From assembly GCA_965202855.1 (NCBI GenBank), contig CBDBBP010000002.1, positions 58,913 through 122,912 on the forward strand: a stretch of DNA of 64,000 nt, written 5' to 3'. This document shows positions 20,000 to 29,664 of the stretch, in pieces. Each line of letters begins with the position of its first letter. The stretch's first letter is position 1. Both the position numbers and the translations under genes were made by a program. The notes below the pieces were generated by a model. That model saw nothing but the letters and a program-made list of their open reading frames with translations. It made no database searches and was not told the origin of the DNA. The DNA comes from Arenicellales bacterium (lineage in GTDB: Bacteria > Pseudomonadota > Gammaproteobacteria > Arenicellales > JAJDZL01).

Positions 20000-20851
20000 A
20001 TGAAAAAGTTCCCTCCATACGCAACTGTGCTTGATCGCACATGGTATTATGCGTTCCGATTTATATGCGGGTTAATCTTTCTCTTTCTGATTTTTCCTAT
20101 TCTGGTAATCATTCCGCTTTCTTTCAATACGGTTCCATTTTTTACTTTTACGCATGAAATGCTGACACTGGATCCGGAAGGTTATTCCTTGCGTTGGTAT
20201 AACGATTTCTTTACCAATCGGAATTGGCAAGGAGCAATTAACAACAGTTTCATAATTGCTGTCTTTTCTACTCTTATCGCTACCATGCTTGGAACTCTTG
20301 CTGCCCTAGGGTTAAGCCGCCGAAACATGCCATTGCGCACGACTTTGATGGCAATTCTCATCTCACCCATGATCGTTCCTCTGATCATTTCAGCTTGCGG
20401 AATGTTTTTCTTCTATTCAAGAGTACATTTGCAGGGCACTCATATCGGAGTAATTCTTGCTCATGCAGCATTGGGAACTCCATTTGTAGTAATCACTGTC
20501 ACCGCTACACTAGTTGGCTTTGACCGTAGTTTAATTCGAGCCGCGAATAGTCTCGGTGCCGATGGTGTAACCACATTTTTCAAAGTCGTCGTCCCACTCA
20601 TTCTTCCTGGCGTGATTTCAGGGGCACTCTTTGCCTTTATTACTTCTTTTGATGAAGTCGTGGTAATTCTATTTGTTGGCAGTTTTGAACAGCGAACGAT
20701 ACCTTGGCAGATGTTCTCGGGCATTCGTGAACATATAAGTCCAACGATACTTGCAGTTGCTACGTTATTGGTGCTGGTATCTGTCGCACTGCTAACTACT
20801 ATTGAGCTATTGCGACGGCGAACCGAAAGACTTCGTGGAGTTAGAACCTAG
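20000..20851 (+). CDS. ABC transporter permease (PotC-like)
   Basis: 283 aa. LIRAANSLGADGVTTFFKVVVP. Abuts the previous gene. Confidence 0.85.
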   Translation: MKKFPPYATVLDRTWYYAFRFICGLIFLFLIFPILVIIPLSFNTVPFFTFTHEMLTLDPEGYSLRWYNDFFTNRNWQGAINNSFIIAVFSTLIATMLGTLAALGLSRRNMPLRTTLMAILISPMIVPLIISACGMFFFYSRVHLQGTHIGVILAHAALGTPFVVITVTATLVGFDRSLIRAANSLGADGVTTFFKVVVPLILPGVISGALFAFITSFDEVVVILFVGSFEQRTIPWQMFSGIREHISPTILAVATLLVLVSVALLTTIELLRRRTERLRGVRT

Positions 20852-20857
20852 ATTGAA

Positions 20858-21772
20858 TTAAACCGGCCGATCCCCATTGATCGTCAAGCGCCACATTATG
20901 CGGCGTTGACCCGGGTAATCATTCAGCGCGTAGTGCTGGAGACAGCGATTGTCCCAAAAGGCAACAGACCCCTGCTCCCATCGAAAGTTACAGCAAATAT
21001 CTGGTTGTACTGCATGCCTCACCAAATATCGAAGAATGGGCTCAGATTCCTCTTCTAGCATTCCCTCAATTCCAACTGTAAATGGTTCGTTGACATAAAG
21101 TGCTTTTTTACCCGTCTGGGGGTGAGTTCGAATAATGGGATGCGCAGTCCGCTTATGTGCTCGTCGGTCAGATCTGATGTCTGTTCCAGAGTGACGATCG
21201 CGATATTCGCTACTGTTGTACTCACCAGATTCGCCGTACACATTTTCAGCGCTGTGTACCGCTCTCAAGCCAGTCAAAAGTTGCTTGTAAGTATCTGATA
21301 ACATTTCGTAGGCCAAGTACTGATTCGCAAACAATGTGTTTCCTCCGAACTCAGGAATCTCCTTCGCACATAAAATCGAACCCATTGGAGGAATTTGGTC
21401 GAACGTTACATCGCTATGCCAAGTACCGGAAAAATTGTATTGATCTTCGGGATTCTTTACAACCAACATGATTTCTGGATGATTTTCTAAACTTCCAACA
21501 AACGGATGAACATGGAATGAACCAAAATGTCGTCCAAAATCTTTCAAGCCTTCTGGATGTATGTCCTGATCTCGCAAAAAAATTACTAAGTGATCAAGGT
21601 AAGCCTGTTTAGTCTCTTCGATTACCTCAATGGGTACAGGCTGGGAAATATCGACTCCATAAACTTCAGCCCCACAGGCTCCAGCATATGGTTTTACGGT
21701 AATGTGCTGGTAATCTCTTTGAATGGAGTTCAAACCAGTACCAGGAATAACTTTAGGTCGTTGCCACTTCAT
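20858..21772 (-). CDS. TauD/TfdA-family Fe(II)/2-oxoglutarate dioxygenase
   Basis: WHSDVTFDQIPPMGSILCAKEIPEFGGNTLFANQYLAYEMLS and the C-terminal WDNRCLQH..R motif. Confidence 0.85.
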   Translation of the reverse strand: MKWQRPKVIPGTGLNSIQRDYQHITVKPYAGACGAEVYGVDISQPVPIEVIEETKQAYLDHLVIFLRDQDIHPEGLKDFGRHFGSFHVHPFVGSLENHPEIMLVVKNPEDQYNFSGTWHSDVTFDQIPPMGSILCAKEIPEFGGNTLFANQYLAYEMLSDTYKQLLTGLRAVHSAENVYGESGEYNSSEYRDRHSGTDIRSDRRAHKRTAHPIIRTHPQTGKKALYVNEPFTVGIEGMLEEESEPILRYLVRHAVQPDICCNFRWEQGSVAFWDNRCLQHYALNDYPGQRRIMWRLTINGDRPV

Positions 21773-22107
21773 TTTTCTAAAACTCGATTCACTTCGCTTG
21801 CAAACTCTTGAATTTAATCATCATTCTATTGTCTTTCTCACATTAAATAAAATTCAAAATCATAATGTCAACTTCGGTTGAAACAGACACTCGATAATAG
21901 TAGAAATAAAGTTCCAAGTTCCATCGATTTGATTTTCATTGAAAAGAAGTTATTCAATCGCGTATTAAAATAAAAAAATTCTTTACTTATGATTTTTTGC
22001 TCGCGAGCGACGTGTTAAAATCCATGCGTTACTGAAATTTTTTTCAATGCGGAAATCTATTGACCATTCATCATTTTATTTGAGATAACTGTGCGAACCT
22101 ATGGTAA

Positions 22108-23757
22108 TTGACTTTGCGTGTTGCGCCAACCGAACTGGATTTCAAAACTGAAGTGAATTCCGAAACATTTGATTTTGTTGTTGTTGGTGCAGGAACCGCT
22201 GGTTGCGTTCTTGCTAATCGTCTCACGAAGCAAAACTTTTCAGTTCTCTTGCTTGAAGCAGGGAACAAAGATAAAAATCCCTGGATCCATATTCCTGTTG
22301 GGTATTTCAAAACCATGCACCACCCGAAAACTGATTGGTGCTATCACACCCAACCCGACCCTGGACTTAATGGTCGTTCGATTAGTTGGCCTCGAGGAAA
22401 AGTATTGGGTGGTTCCAGTTCGATCAATGGATTGATCTATATTCGAGGACAAGCCCAAGATTTCGATGATTGGGAAGCGATGGGGAATCATGGCTGGTCA
22501 TATCAAGACCTATTGCCTTATTTCATAAAATCCGAAGATCAAGAACGCGGTGCTGATGAATATCATGGAATCGGTGGAAATATTGCCGTCTCCAATATGC
22601 GAATTCGTAGTCCCATTAGCGAAGCCTTCATGCAAGGCGCACTGGAATGTGGCATTCCAAGCAACAACGATTTCAACGGCATTCAGCAAGAGGGTGTCGG
22701 GTATTACCAGCTCACTGCGACTAAGGGTCGACGATGCAGCTCGGCGGTTGGCTACCTTAAACCCATCAAGAAACGACAGAATCTAAGCATTCAGACAAAT
22801 TCTCATGCAATTCGAATTTTGTTCGATGGGTATCGTGCCAGCGGCATCGAATATTACACAAATGGCAGTACGCAGGCCGTTTATGCCTCACGCTCCGTAA
22901 TTTTGAGTGCCGGCGCATTGGGGTCACCCCAATTATTGATGCTTTCGGGAATTGGAAATGCTGATTTTCTCAAAGAATTTCAGATTCCTGTCCGGCAACA
23001 TCTAGCGGGTGTGGGAGAAAATTTACAAGATCATTTGCAAATTAGGCTGGTTTATCGGTGCAACGTTCCAACACTCAACGATGAAATTCGGAATCCACTG
23101 CGACGGACGCTGATTGGACTTCGTTACATTGCTTTTCGAACCGGTCCTATGTCAATGGCCGCGAGTCAAATTGGAGTCTTCACCAAAACATCTCCAGAAT
23201 TGGACCGACCTGATATTCAGTTTCATTTTCAGCCGCTTAGTTCTGACAGTCCAGGCAAAGGAGTTAATCATTTTTCTGGAATTACATCGTCGGTAACACA
23301 AATTAGACCGACCAGCCGAGGCTATCTGCGCCTAGCTTCAACGGACGCTCGCGATTACATATCAATTATTCCGAATTACCTTAGTACCGAACTGGATCAG
23401 AAAGTTGCTGTAGCTGGAATTGATGTATCCAGGAGAATTATGAAGCAACCCTCCATAGCAAATTTGATTGATCAAGAAGTACTGCCTGGTAAAAACGTAC
23501 AATCTTTCGAGGAAAAGTTGGATAGTGCCAGAGATATCGGTGAAACGATTTATCACCCCGTAGGAACTTGCAAAATGGGCTTAAGTTCCGATCCACTTGC
23601 AGTTGTCGATAGTCGACTGCGAGTACACGGAATTCAAGGACTACGCGTAGTTGATGCTTCGATTATGCCAACGATTACTTCAGGGAATACCAATGCGCCA
23701 ACCTTCGCGATCGCTGAAAAAGCTTCGGACATGATTTTGCAGGACATACAAATCTGA
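22108..23757 (+). CDS. GMC-family oxidoreductase (choline dehydrogenase-like)
   Basis: FDFVVVGAGTAGCVLANRLT, GKVLGGSSSINGLIY, and the C-terminal HPVGTCKMG ... VVDASIMP. TTG start as given in the track. Confidence 0.85.
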   Translation: MTLRVAPTELDFKTEVNSETFDFVVVGAGTAGCVLANRLTKQNFSVLLLEAGNKDKNPWIHIPVGYFKTMHHPKTDWCYHTQPDPGLNGRSISWPRGKVLGGSSSINGLIYIRGQAQDFDDWEAMGNHGWSYQDLLPYFIKSEDQERGADEYHGIGGNIAVSNMRIRSPISEAFMQGALECGIPSNNDFNGIQQEGVGYYQLTATKGRRCSSAVGYLKPIKKRQNLSIQTNSHAIRILFDGYRASGIEYYTNGSTQAVYASRSVILSAGALGSPQLLMLSGIGNADFLKEFQIPVRQHLAGVGENLQDHLQIRLVYRCNVPTLNDEIRNPLRRTLIGLRYIAFRTGPMSMAASQIGVFTKTSPELDRPDIQFHFQPLSSDSPGKGVNHFSGITSSVTQIRPTSRGYLRLASTDARDYISIIPNYLSTELDQKVAVAGIDVSRRIMKQPSIANLIDQEVLPGKNVQSFEEKLDSARDIGETIYHPVGTCKMGLSSDPLAVVDSRLRVHGIQGLRVVDASIMPTITSGNTNAPTFAIAEKASDMILQDIQI

Positions 23758-23766
23758 ATCCAAACT

Positions 23767-24495
23767 TCAATCATTGTCATCCACTTCAGCACCAGCGCCT
23801 CGACTGCGCGAGTGTTCACTGGAAGGAACAAACGATTTGGCCGCCATTTCCTTTAGTTCTCGGTAGATCGCGTAATTGATTTGAGTCCTTAAGTCCTCAA
23901 CTTGTATTTGAAGGTGCAAAGAGTCTAATTCGAATCTGGGTAAATACCCAGTAATCTGATTTTTACCAGTTCGAATCGTAACTGTCTCCGGTTCATTTGA
24001 ATGTTCTTTCTTATAACAATCGGAATTTAACCAAATTTTACCGTCACTGGAGACGGCCCGAAGAGCTCCACATTTGAGTTCGAATTCCAAATGATTCAAT
24101 GATCTACGAATCATCAGTGGCAAAATCAGCAGTACATTTCTTACACCCTCAATGGACGCAACCACCAATTCATCGTTGTTAAATGCTCTTGAACAAATAA
24201 AATCGATCGCTTCAATGAGCGCAAAATAACCTAAATCATCTTGAAGATCTAAAGTGAATCGAGCCGATGAATCTTCAATGAAACGAATTTGACTGTAGGA
24301 CTTTCGTTGAAGGGACGGTAGATCCCTATGGAGTTGTTCGAGTGCTGAAAACCCGTGGACTTGTAACCAAAGGATGGATTCTGATACCTCGATATCCGCA
24401 CCTGCTGGCAAATCCAGTGCGAAAAATATTCGTCGGCACAGCACCCGTACCTCACTCGCCGACAAACTGACTTGAGTGTTATCTGGGTGTTTCAA
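23767..24495 (-). CDS. hypothetical protein (242 aa), possibly DUF3726-like
   Basis: Starts 4 nt downstream of the 571-aa gene. The N-terminus LSASEVRVLCRRIFFALDLPAGADIEVSESILWLQVHGFSALEQL recalls DUF3726-type proteins; this is from memory only. Confidence 0.6.
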   Translation of the reverse strand: MKHPDNTQVSLSASEVRVLCRRIFFALDLPAGADIEVSESILWLQVHGFSALEQLHRDLPSLQRKSYSQIRFIEDSSARFTLDLQDDLGYFALIEAIDFICSRAFNNDELVVASIEGVRNVLLILPLMIRRSLNHLEFELKCGALRAVSSDGKIWLNSDCYKKEHSNEPETVTIRTGKNQITGYLPRFELDSLHLQIQVEDLRTQINYAIYRELKEMAAKSFVPSSEHSRSRGAGAEVDDND

Positions 24496-24498
24496 GAA

Positions 24499-26214
24499 TC
24501 AAGAGTGCGGAACACTTGAAAATGCCCAGTCATCAACATTCGCCTCGCGCAGTTGTTCAATTAGCGGAGCACCTTGAAACAAAGTTATTCGGGTCCAAAG
24601 ATTTGACTTTGGGTCGAACCGGGAAGCACCAAACAACGCCAGTTTACATCGAAGCAAATCGATAGGAAGACAATCGATGTCCAATAGATTATTTTGAATT
24701 TCGGCATATTCGAACTGCGCAAGAGATTGTACTCGAGTGACAATGTAGCGATGCTGAGGCTTTTGAATCAAAAATTCCGCTGTAGTCAATTTGTCGTCGT
24801 TTCGAATCAGAATGCAAAGATCTTTATACAGACGACTAACATCTCTTGCCACCCCAATTCTCATCTCAAGTTCGCGACCAGGCTCATGATGTCGATGTCC
24901 TAATCTTGGTTCTTCTTTTTCCGCCGAAAAGTACCAGAATAGAAACCGCGAATCCGGGTCGGAAAAATCAATCTCTAATGCCCAGCCATATCGAGATTCA
25001 AGATGATCTTTCAACCTACGGACCGTCATGCTGGGATCATAATAATTCTCTTCATCGATCCCCATATATTGTTCCAACCCGTTCACCAATTCGGGATAGA
25101 TTTCCAACAGCATGCTATTGAGAAGCTCTACACACTCTGTACTCTTGGTTGATTTAGTCCAAGTGCAAAAGGACTGCCACGGATGCTCCGATTCGAATGA
25201 GACATGACTGTGGCGATTCAGGTCCTCCAATTCATTTTTCAACGTTGAAATTCGCTTGGACTGTCTTTCGTCTTTGGTATGCCACTGCTGCAAATGAGCG
25301 CGCACTTTATCTAGGAGACAGGCGAAATGCTCTCGTTTCTCTGTCGTAATTCTCTGAATACTCTTAACATGGGCGATGGCCAATTCTCGTATGTATATCC
25401 ATTGATGGATTAGCTGTGGATGTCCAACCAGAAAAGGAGCCATGCCAAGTCCCGTTGCATTGCCAACACCCAATACCCTTTTTAAGGAGGAATCCAACGG
25501 AATGTATCGACGTTTGTCAAGACTTCGGGCAACTCGCTCCAAGACTTCGAAACTGAATTGTCGTGCCAAAAATACAGTTAGCATTTCTGCTTGAAATGGC
25601 AGCGAAAATGGAGTTGTACGCTTTACCTGATCAAAATCCATCAATCCGAATTTTCCATTTCCGTATACTGCTGTCGTACGAACGAGATACCCAATGGCAG
25701 CAATTCGCTCTGTATTTGGCTGTTTTCCCGAAGCGAGAGTGCTGGCGATTTCTTGAAAGAGACGAACACTTTTGTTCGCTCTGCTGAGCACAATTTGACG
25801 TTCGCTCATTCGTCCTGCTTCCTGCTTTGGCACCTCACTCCGTAGTCGATCAATGTCCTTTTTATCGACATTTCCGTTGACCAAAGTGAAAGACATGTCC
25901 CATTGTGTTGCAATAACTCTGTCGGTACGATCACTCGCATCCAGCGCCTTAGAAAACGCGACAAAACTCAGTGGACCCTGTGGAGTGCGAATCGAGTAAA
26001 CAAAATCTCCGAAACCGTGACCATCCAATGAATTACGGCTGATACTGAACTTCCATCGCTCTCGGTGAAGCCGTCTAATTAAAGTACGCGTAAAACTAAG
26101 CCGAGAAGGATGATAACAGCCAAGGCGCTCTAGTTTCATCACCTCTGACGGAGGCCTTAGAGGAACTTTAGGTGAATTGGTTATTGACATAGCAGTATCA
26201 GACATAATTTCCAT
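24499..26214 (-). CDS. conserved-looking hypothetical protein (571 aa), family not recognised
   Basis: Long ORF with native-like composition and no motif I can name (e.g. GYLVRTTAVYGNGKFGL, GVGNATGLGMAPFLVGHPQL). Confidence 0.7.
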   Translation of the reverse strand: MEIMSDTAMSITNSPKVPLRPPSEVMKLERLGCYHPSRLSFTRTLIRRLHRERWKFSISRNSLDGHGFGDFVYSIRTPQGPLSFVAFSKALDASDRTDRVIATQWDMSFTLVNGNVDKKDIDRLRSEVPKQEAGRMSERQIVLSRANKSVRLFQEIASTLASGKQPNTERIAAIGYLVRTTAVYGNGKFGLMDFDQVKRTTPFSLPFQAEMLTVFLARQFSFEVLERVARSLDKRRYIPLDSSLKRVLGVGNATGLGMAPFLVGHPQLIHQWIYIRELAIAHVKSIQRITTEKREHFACLLDKVRAHLQQWHTKDERQSKRISTLKNELEDLNRHSHVSFESEHPWQSFCTWTKSTKSTECVELLNSMLLEIYPELVNGLEQYMGIDEENYYDPSMTVRRLKDHLESRYGWALEIDFSDPDSRFLFWYFSAEKEEPRLGHRHHEPGRELEMRIGVARDVSRLYKDLCILIRNDDKLTTAEFLIQKPQHRYIVTRVQSLAQFEYAEIQNNLLDIDCLPIDLLRCKLALFGASRFDPKSNLWTRITLFQGAPLIEQLREANVDDWAFSSVPHS

Positions 26215-26678
26215 ACTTTATCGCAACCTGACTAATACTTGATTTAATAAATCGTAACTTATCGTTTACATTAGTTAAAAAATTAATTCAATCGAAGATC
26301 AAAGTGTCTCCGCAAATTTGTAGGAAAATCAAGTCAATATTAAAAATCTACGAGAAATTTGAGCGACGAGATCCTTTGAAACCCCGCAATTTCAATTTGG
26401 CGATACTGCTGTCGACGACTTTTTAGACGCGCTTAGAAGCAACGGAGATCCTGAAAGGGCTGCAATTTCACCGTGAGCTTTCGTCGTTTCCGCAATACTC
26501 TAACCCAACAACTTGATTTTTATCGAATAGTACAGCACCACTTTGGGATTGAAATTAACGTCCGGGCAATATAGAGACACTTGTGTTCGTCGTAGCAGTT
26601 GCGCTACAGTGAAATTTAAGAATCCAGTTTTTTATGAGAAATTTCTCTAGCAATGAATCAATTCAGGTCGAAGAAATT

Positions 26679-27347
26679 TCAAATTTTTAGGATAAATGCG
26701 AATGCCAAGCCCTTACTTTCAAAATGACTAACCCCTACGTCTGATAATACTATTATGACTCTATCACGACGCCTGAGAGAAACTTCTTCAAGTATATCGA
26801 CTGGTTTTCTATTGACAAATGCACCTTGCACTAGAACTACTTCTTCATTTAGTGAACTGTTCACGACGATTGTGATTTTTAAATCTGATACATCAATAGT
26901 TTGATTGAATTTTTCCGAGAGTCGGCTATTCAGAATTTTATACATCTCCAGATTGTTCATTAAATAAATACTAATTCCTATATTGTCCTTTACCATCAAT
27001 ATGCCAAAAATTGATGAAGTTTCTAGCCATTTTTCATATCCATAGAAAATTGGTATGTCAACATCTACCAATAAATAGGTTTCAGCTCCTTTCCTCACAC
27101 ATCCTCTTGGTGAAATATCGGAAACTAAGTCTGACGCCAAATCAGTAAATATTGTAGAGAATTCCTTACATTCATCCTGCGATGGAATTTGGATTTCAAA
27201 TGTAGCCGGAGTCTTTAGTTCGGCATCTTCATTCGAGGCAACTTTACGTAGATCAGGAACATACAAATTCGAAATGAAGTGATACTTGCAACCTGAAAGC
27301 AACGCCAGAAAACCGAACAACAGTATGTAAATGCACAATTTTTTCAT
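26679..27347 (-). CDS. hypothetical lipoprotein (222 aa)
   Basis: MKKLCIYILLFGFLALLSGC is a signal peptide plus lipobox. Very low GC and isolated between long non-coding stretches. Confidence 0.65.
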   Translation of the reverse strand: MKKLCIYILLFGFLALLSGCKYHFISNLYVPDLRKVASNEDAELKTPATFEIQIPSQDECKEFSTIFTDLASDLVSDISPRGCVRKGAETYLLVDVDIPIFYGYEKWLETSSIFGILMVKDNIGISIYLMNNLEMYKILNSRLSEKFNQTIDVSDLKITIVVNSSLNEEVVLVQGAFVNRKPVDILEEVSLRRRDRVIIVLSDVGVSHFESKGLAFAFILKI

Positions 27348-28268
27348 GATGTTATGTTCCTTATTTCACTTGTTATTGCTGAACATGCAGGCTGAGTAAA
27401 ACCATACCCTAGATCTGCCCTATAAAAAATGGTACCAACCCGCTGAAAAAAAAATCAACTAAATCCTTAAAGTCCATCTTGAACCAAGCTGCTTATTTAT
27501 TTCAGCAGAATCTTTATAGCCATTCATAGTCCTCAGCGTAAGAATTTTAGGACGAGTATAGGGCAAGAACAAGAAACTTCTAATCTGCAAAAAGTAAGGA
27601 ACGGCACTTATTTGAAAGACATAAAAATGGCAACTTTTTTATCAGTGGATTGATCGCAGTTCACTAATAATATTCTTAATGCATTGTTTATATTTGCATA
27701 ATGCTTGATTATTCCGAATTTTGTTCTAGTTCGTTTCGTATCACTGAAGGAAAGTCAGGTTAATTTCAATAGTTCTTCGAAAAGACAAGTGCGATCAGAG
27801 ATATCGAAAGTCCGAGTATGTAGTTTGGATTGACTGCCAACCATAACTTCTTCGTCAATCGGCAGTTATGAGACGATATTCCGGCACTATTAGAAGGTCT
27901 GCGATGAAATACACTAACAAGCCTGCGCGTCAACGTTATTCAAACTTTACGAAAAAAGGCAAGGCCGGAGTACCGGTCGTGTTAAGTGATCTGCTGCAAT
28001 ATTCGAGAATCAGTATCAGTTCATCTTGAATCATGGGATTTAGTGGCAAATATAGGATTTGGCGGTTGCAGTTTTGTTAGTGGCAGAGACAAAGCTGCGG
28101 TATTCAGAATTATGAATGGTAAGTTTCAATAAGTGATTTCACAGTCCAAACTAACGTCAACGTTTGCAGTTTTCATGTCGCTGCTTAAGAAACGGGAGCT
28201 GTTGCAGCAGTAATTGAATTTGCATTGCTCGCGCGCAAGTGATCAGGTCGAGGCCTGCTAGCAGCTAA

Positions 28269-29249
28269 CTACCAGACTTCCTCAAAAAAACGAAGCCAGT
28301 TTGCCCCCATAATCATACCGACTTCTTCAGTGCTGAATCCAGTTGCCAGCAATCCTTCACTAATGTTCGAAAAATCCTTCAAATTGCAAAACCAGCTCGG
28401 ATATTCGGGCCAAGTTACATCACTCACGGTGGCATTATTGGAGGAAGAAAGACGCCATGTACCACTACGCATGTACTCCAAATAATCATCTGACCAGCCA
28501 AGGCACAAATCAGAGCCAATTCCCAAATGCTCCACTCCGATAAGATCGGCTGTTCTGCAGATCATTTCGCAGAAAGACTCCAATGTGCAGTCAGACCCAT
28601 CTTCCAAATGCAGTGGGTACAGACTAAATCCTAGCATGCCTCCGCTTTCTGCCAAAGCAATCAACAGTTCATCGGATTTATTGCGAACTACATTTCGATA
28701 CCATGATGGATTCGCATGCGTAACAGCGATTGGACTTTTAGAATACTCAATGGCTTCGAAACACGTTCTTTCAGAAGTGTGGGAGACATCAATAACCATC
28801 CCCAGTCGATTCATTTCATCAATCACATTCTTGCCGAAATTTGTCAGACCGGCGTCATCTTCCTCATAACATCCGGCTCCCAGAAGGCTCTGGTTGTTAT
28901 AGGTCAATTGCATAACTCGCACTCCGAGAGTGTGGAATATTTCAATCAAGCCCAAGTCATCCTCTATTGAAGAGCTATTTTGAAAGCCAAAAATGATGCC
29001 GACTCTCGAAGTTTCGTGAGCGATCCGGATGTCATCCGTTTTGCGAACCAAAAGAATTAAATCGCTGTGTTCTCGAAACCATTGATTCCACTTTGAAATA
29101 ATTGACAATGTCTCTTTGCAGTCATGCCAAAACGCGAGTGTTACATGAACTGCATCGAGACCTGAATGAGCGAGTTGCTGGAATGTCGCGCTATCCCAGT
29201 TTGATGCTTGCAGAGCATCAATGATCGGAAATTTTTCTTTTAAGTTCAT
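28269..29249 (-). CDS. Membrane (renal-type) dipeptidase family protein, peptidase M19
   Basis: HTLGVRVMQLTYNNQSLLGAG, MVIDVSHTSERT and IAVTHANP. Confidence 0.85.
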   Translation of the reverse strand: MNLKEKFPIIDALQASNWDSATFQQLAHSGLDAVHVTLAFWHDCKETLSIISKWNQWFREHSDLILLVRKTDDIRIAHETSRVGIIFGFQNSSSIEDDLGLIEIFHTLGVRVMQLTYNNQSLLGAGCYEEDDAGLTNFGKNVIDEMNRLGMVIDVSHTSERTCFEAIEYSKSPIAVTHANPSWYRNVVRNKSDELLIALAESGGMLGFSLYPLHLEDGSDCTLESFCEMICRTADLIGVEHLGIGSDLCLGWSDDYLEYMRSGTWRLSSSNNATVSDVTWPEYPSWFCNLKDFSNISEGLLATGFSTEEVGMIMGANWLRFFEEVW

Positions 29250-29664
29250 TTTGATCCTAGAGGCTTCTTTATTCGATTTGGGAAGAATTTAGCACTACAT
29301 GCACGATGTTTGATCACTATTGACAAAAACTCTGTGCATTAAAATCTGCGGAAATTTTATTGCATGACCTTTGCTTCAAAAATTTAAGAAAATTTTACTG
29401 GATTCAACAGACGATCAATATTAAACCCAATTGTGGACGCTGTTTATTCCAATACGAATTTTAGAACTAGTCATTGAGTTCCATAACCGATTCGGTCTTT
29501 GGAGTATAAAGCGCTGGGATTAATTTGAACGAAGGTGAACTGCTATTTTCGAATGCACATTTCATCGTTCGCAGGTTCAAATCTGAATTCTCCGCCTAAC
29601 TTTCAAGTAAACTAATTCACTACCATGCATGTCTCATTGAAAACAACCTCTCCGACCCAGAAAA

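Noticed and set aside
21999-22008. 10-bp palindrome GCTCGCGAGC in the TauD/GMC divergent promoter region as a regulator site
   Set aside because: It is short and GC-only, no cognate regulator gene is nearby, and it could arise by chance.
26340-26480. Possible DNA-alkylation-repair (AlkD-like) N-terminal scrap (..FGDTAVDDFLDALRSNGDPERAAISP)
   Set aside because: Only about 25 residues of vague resemblance bounded by stops. This is too weak to call.
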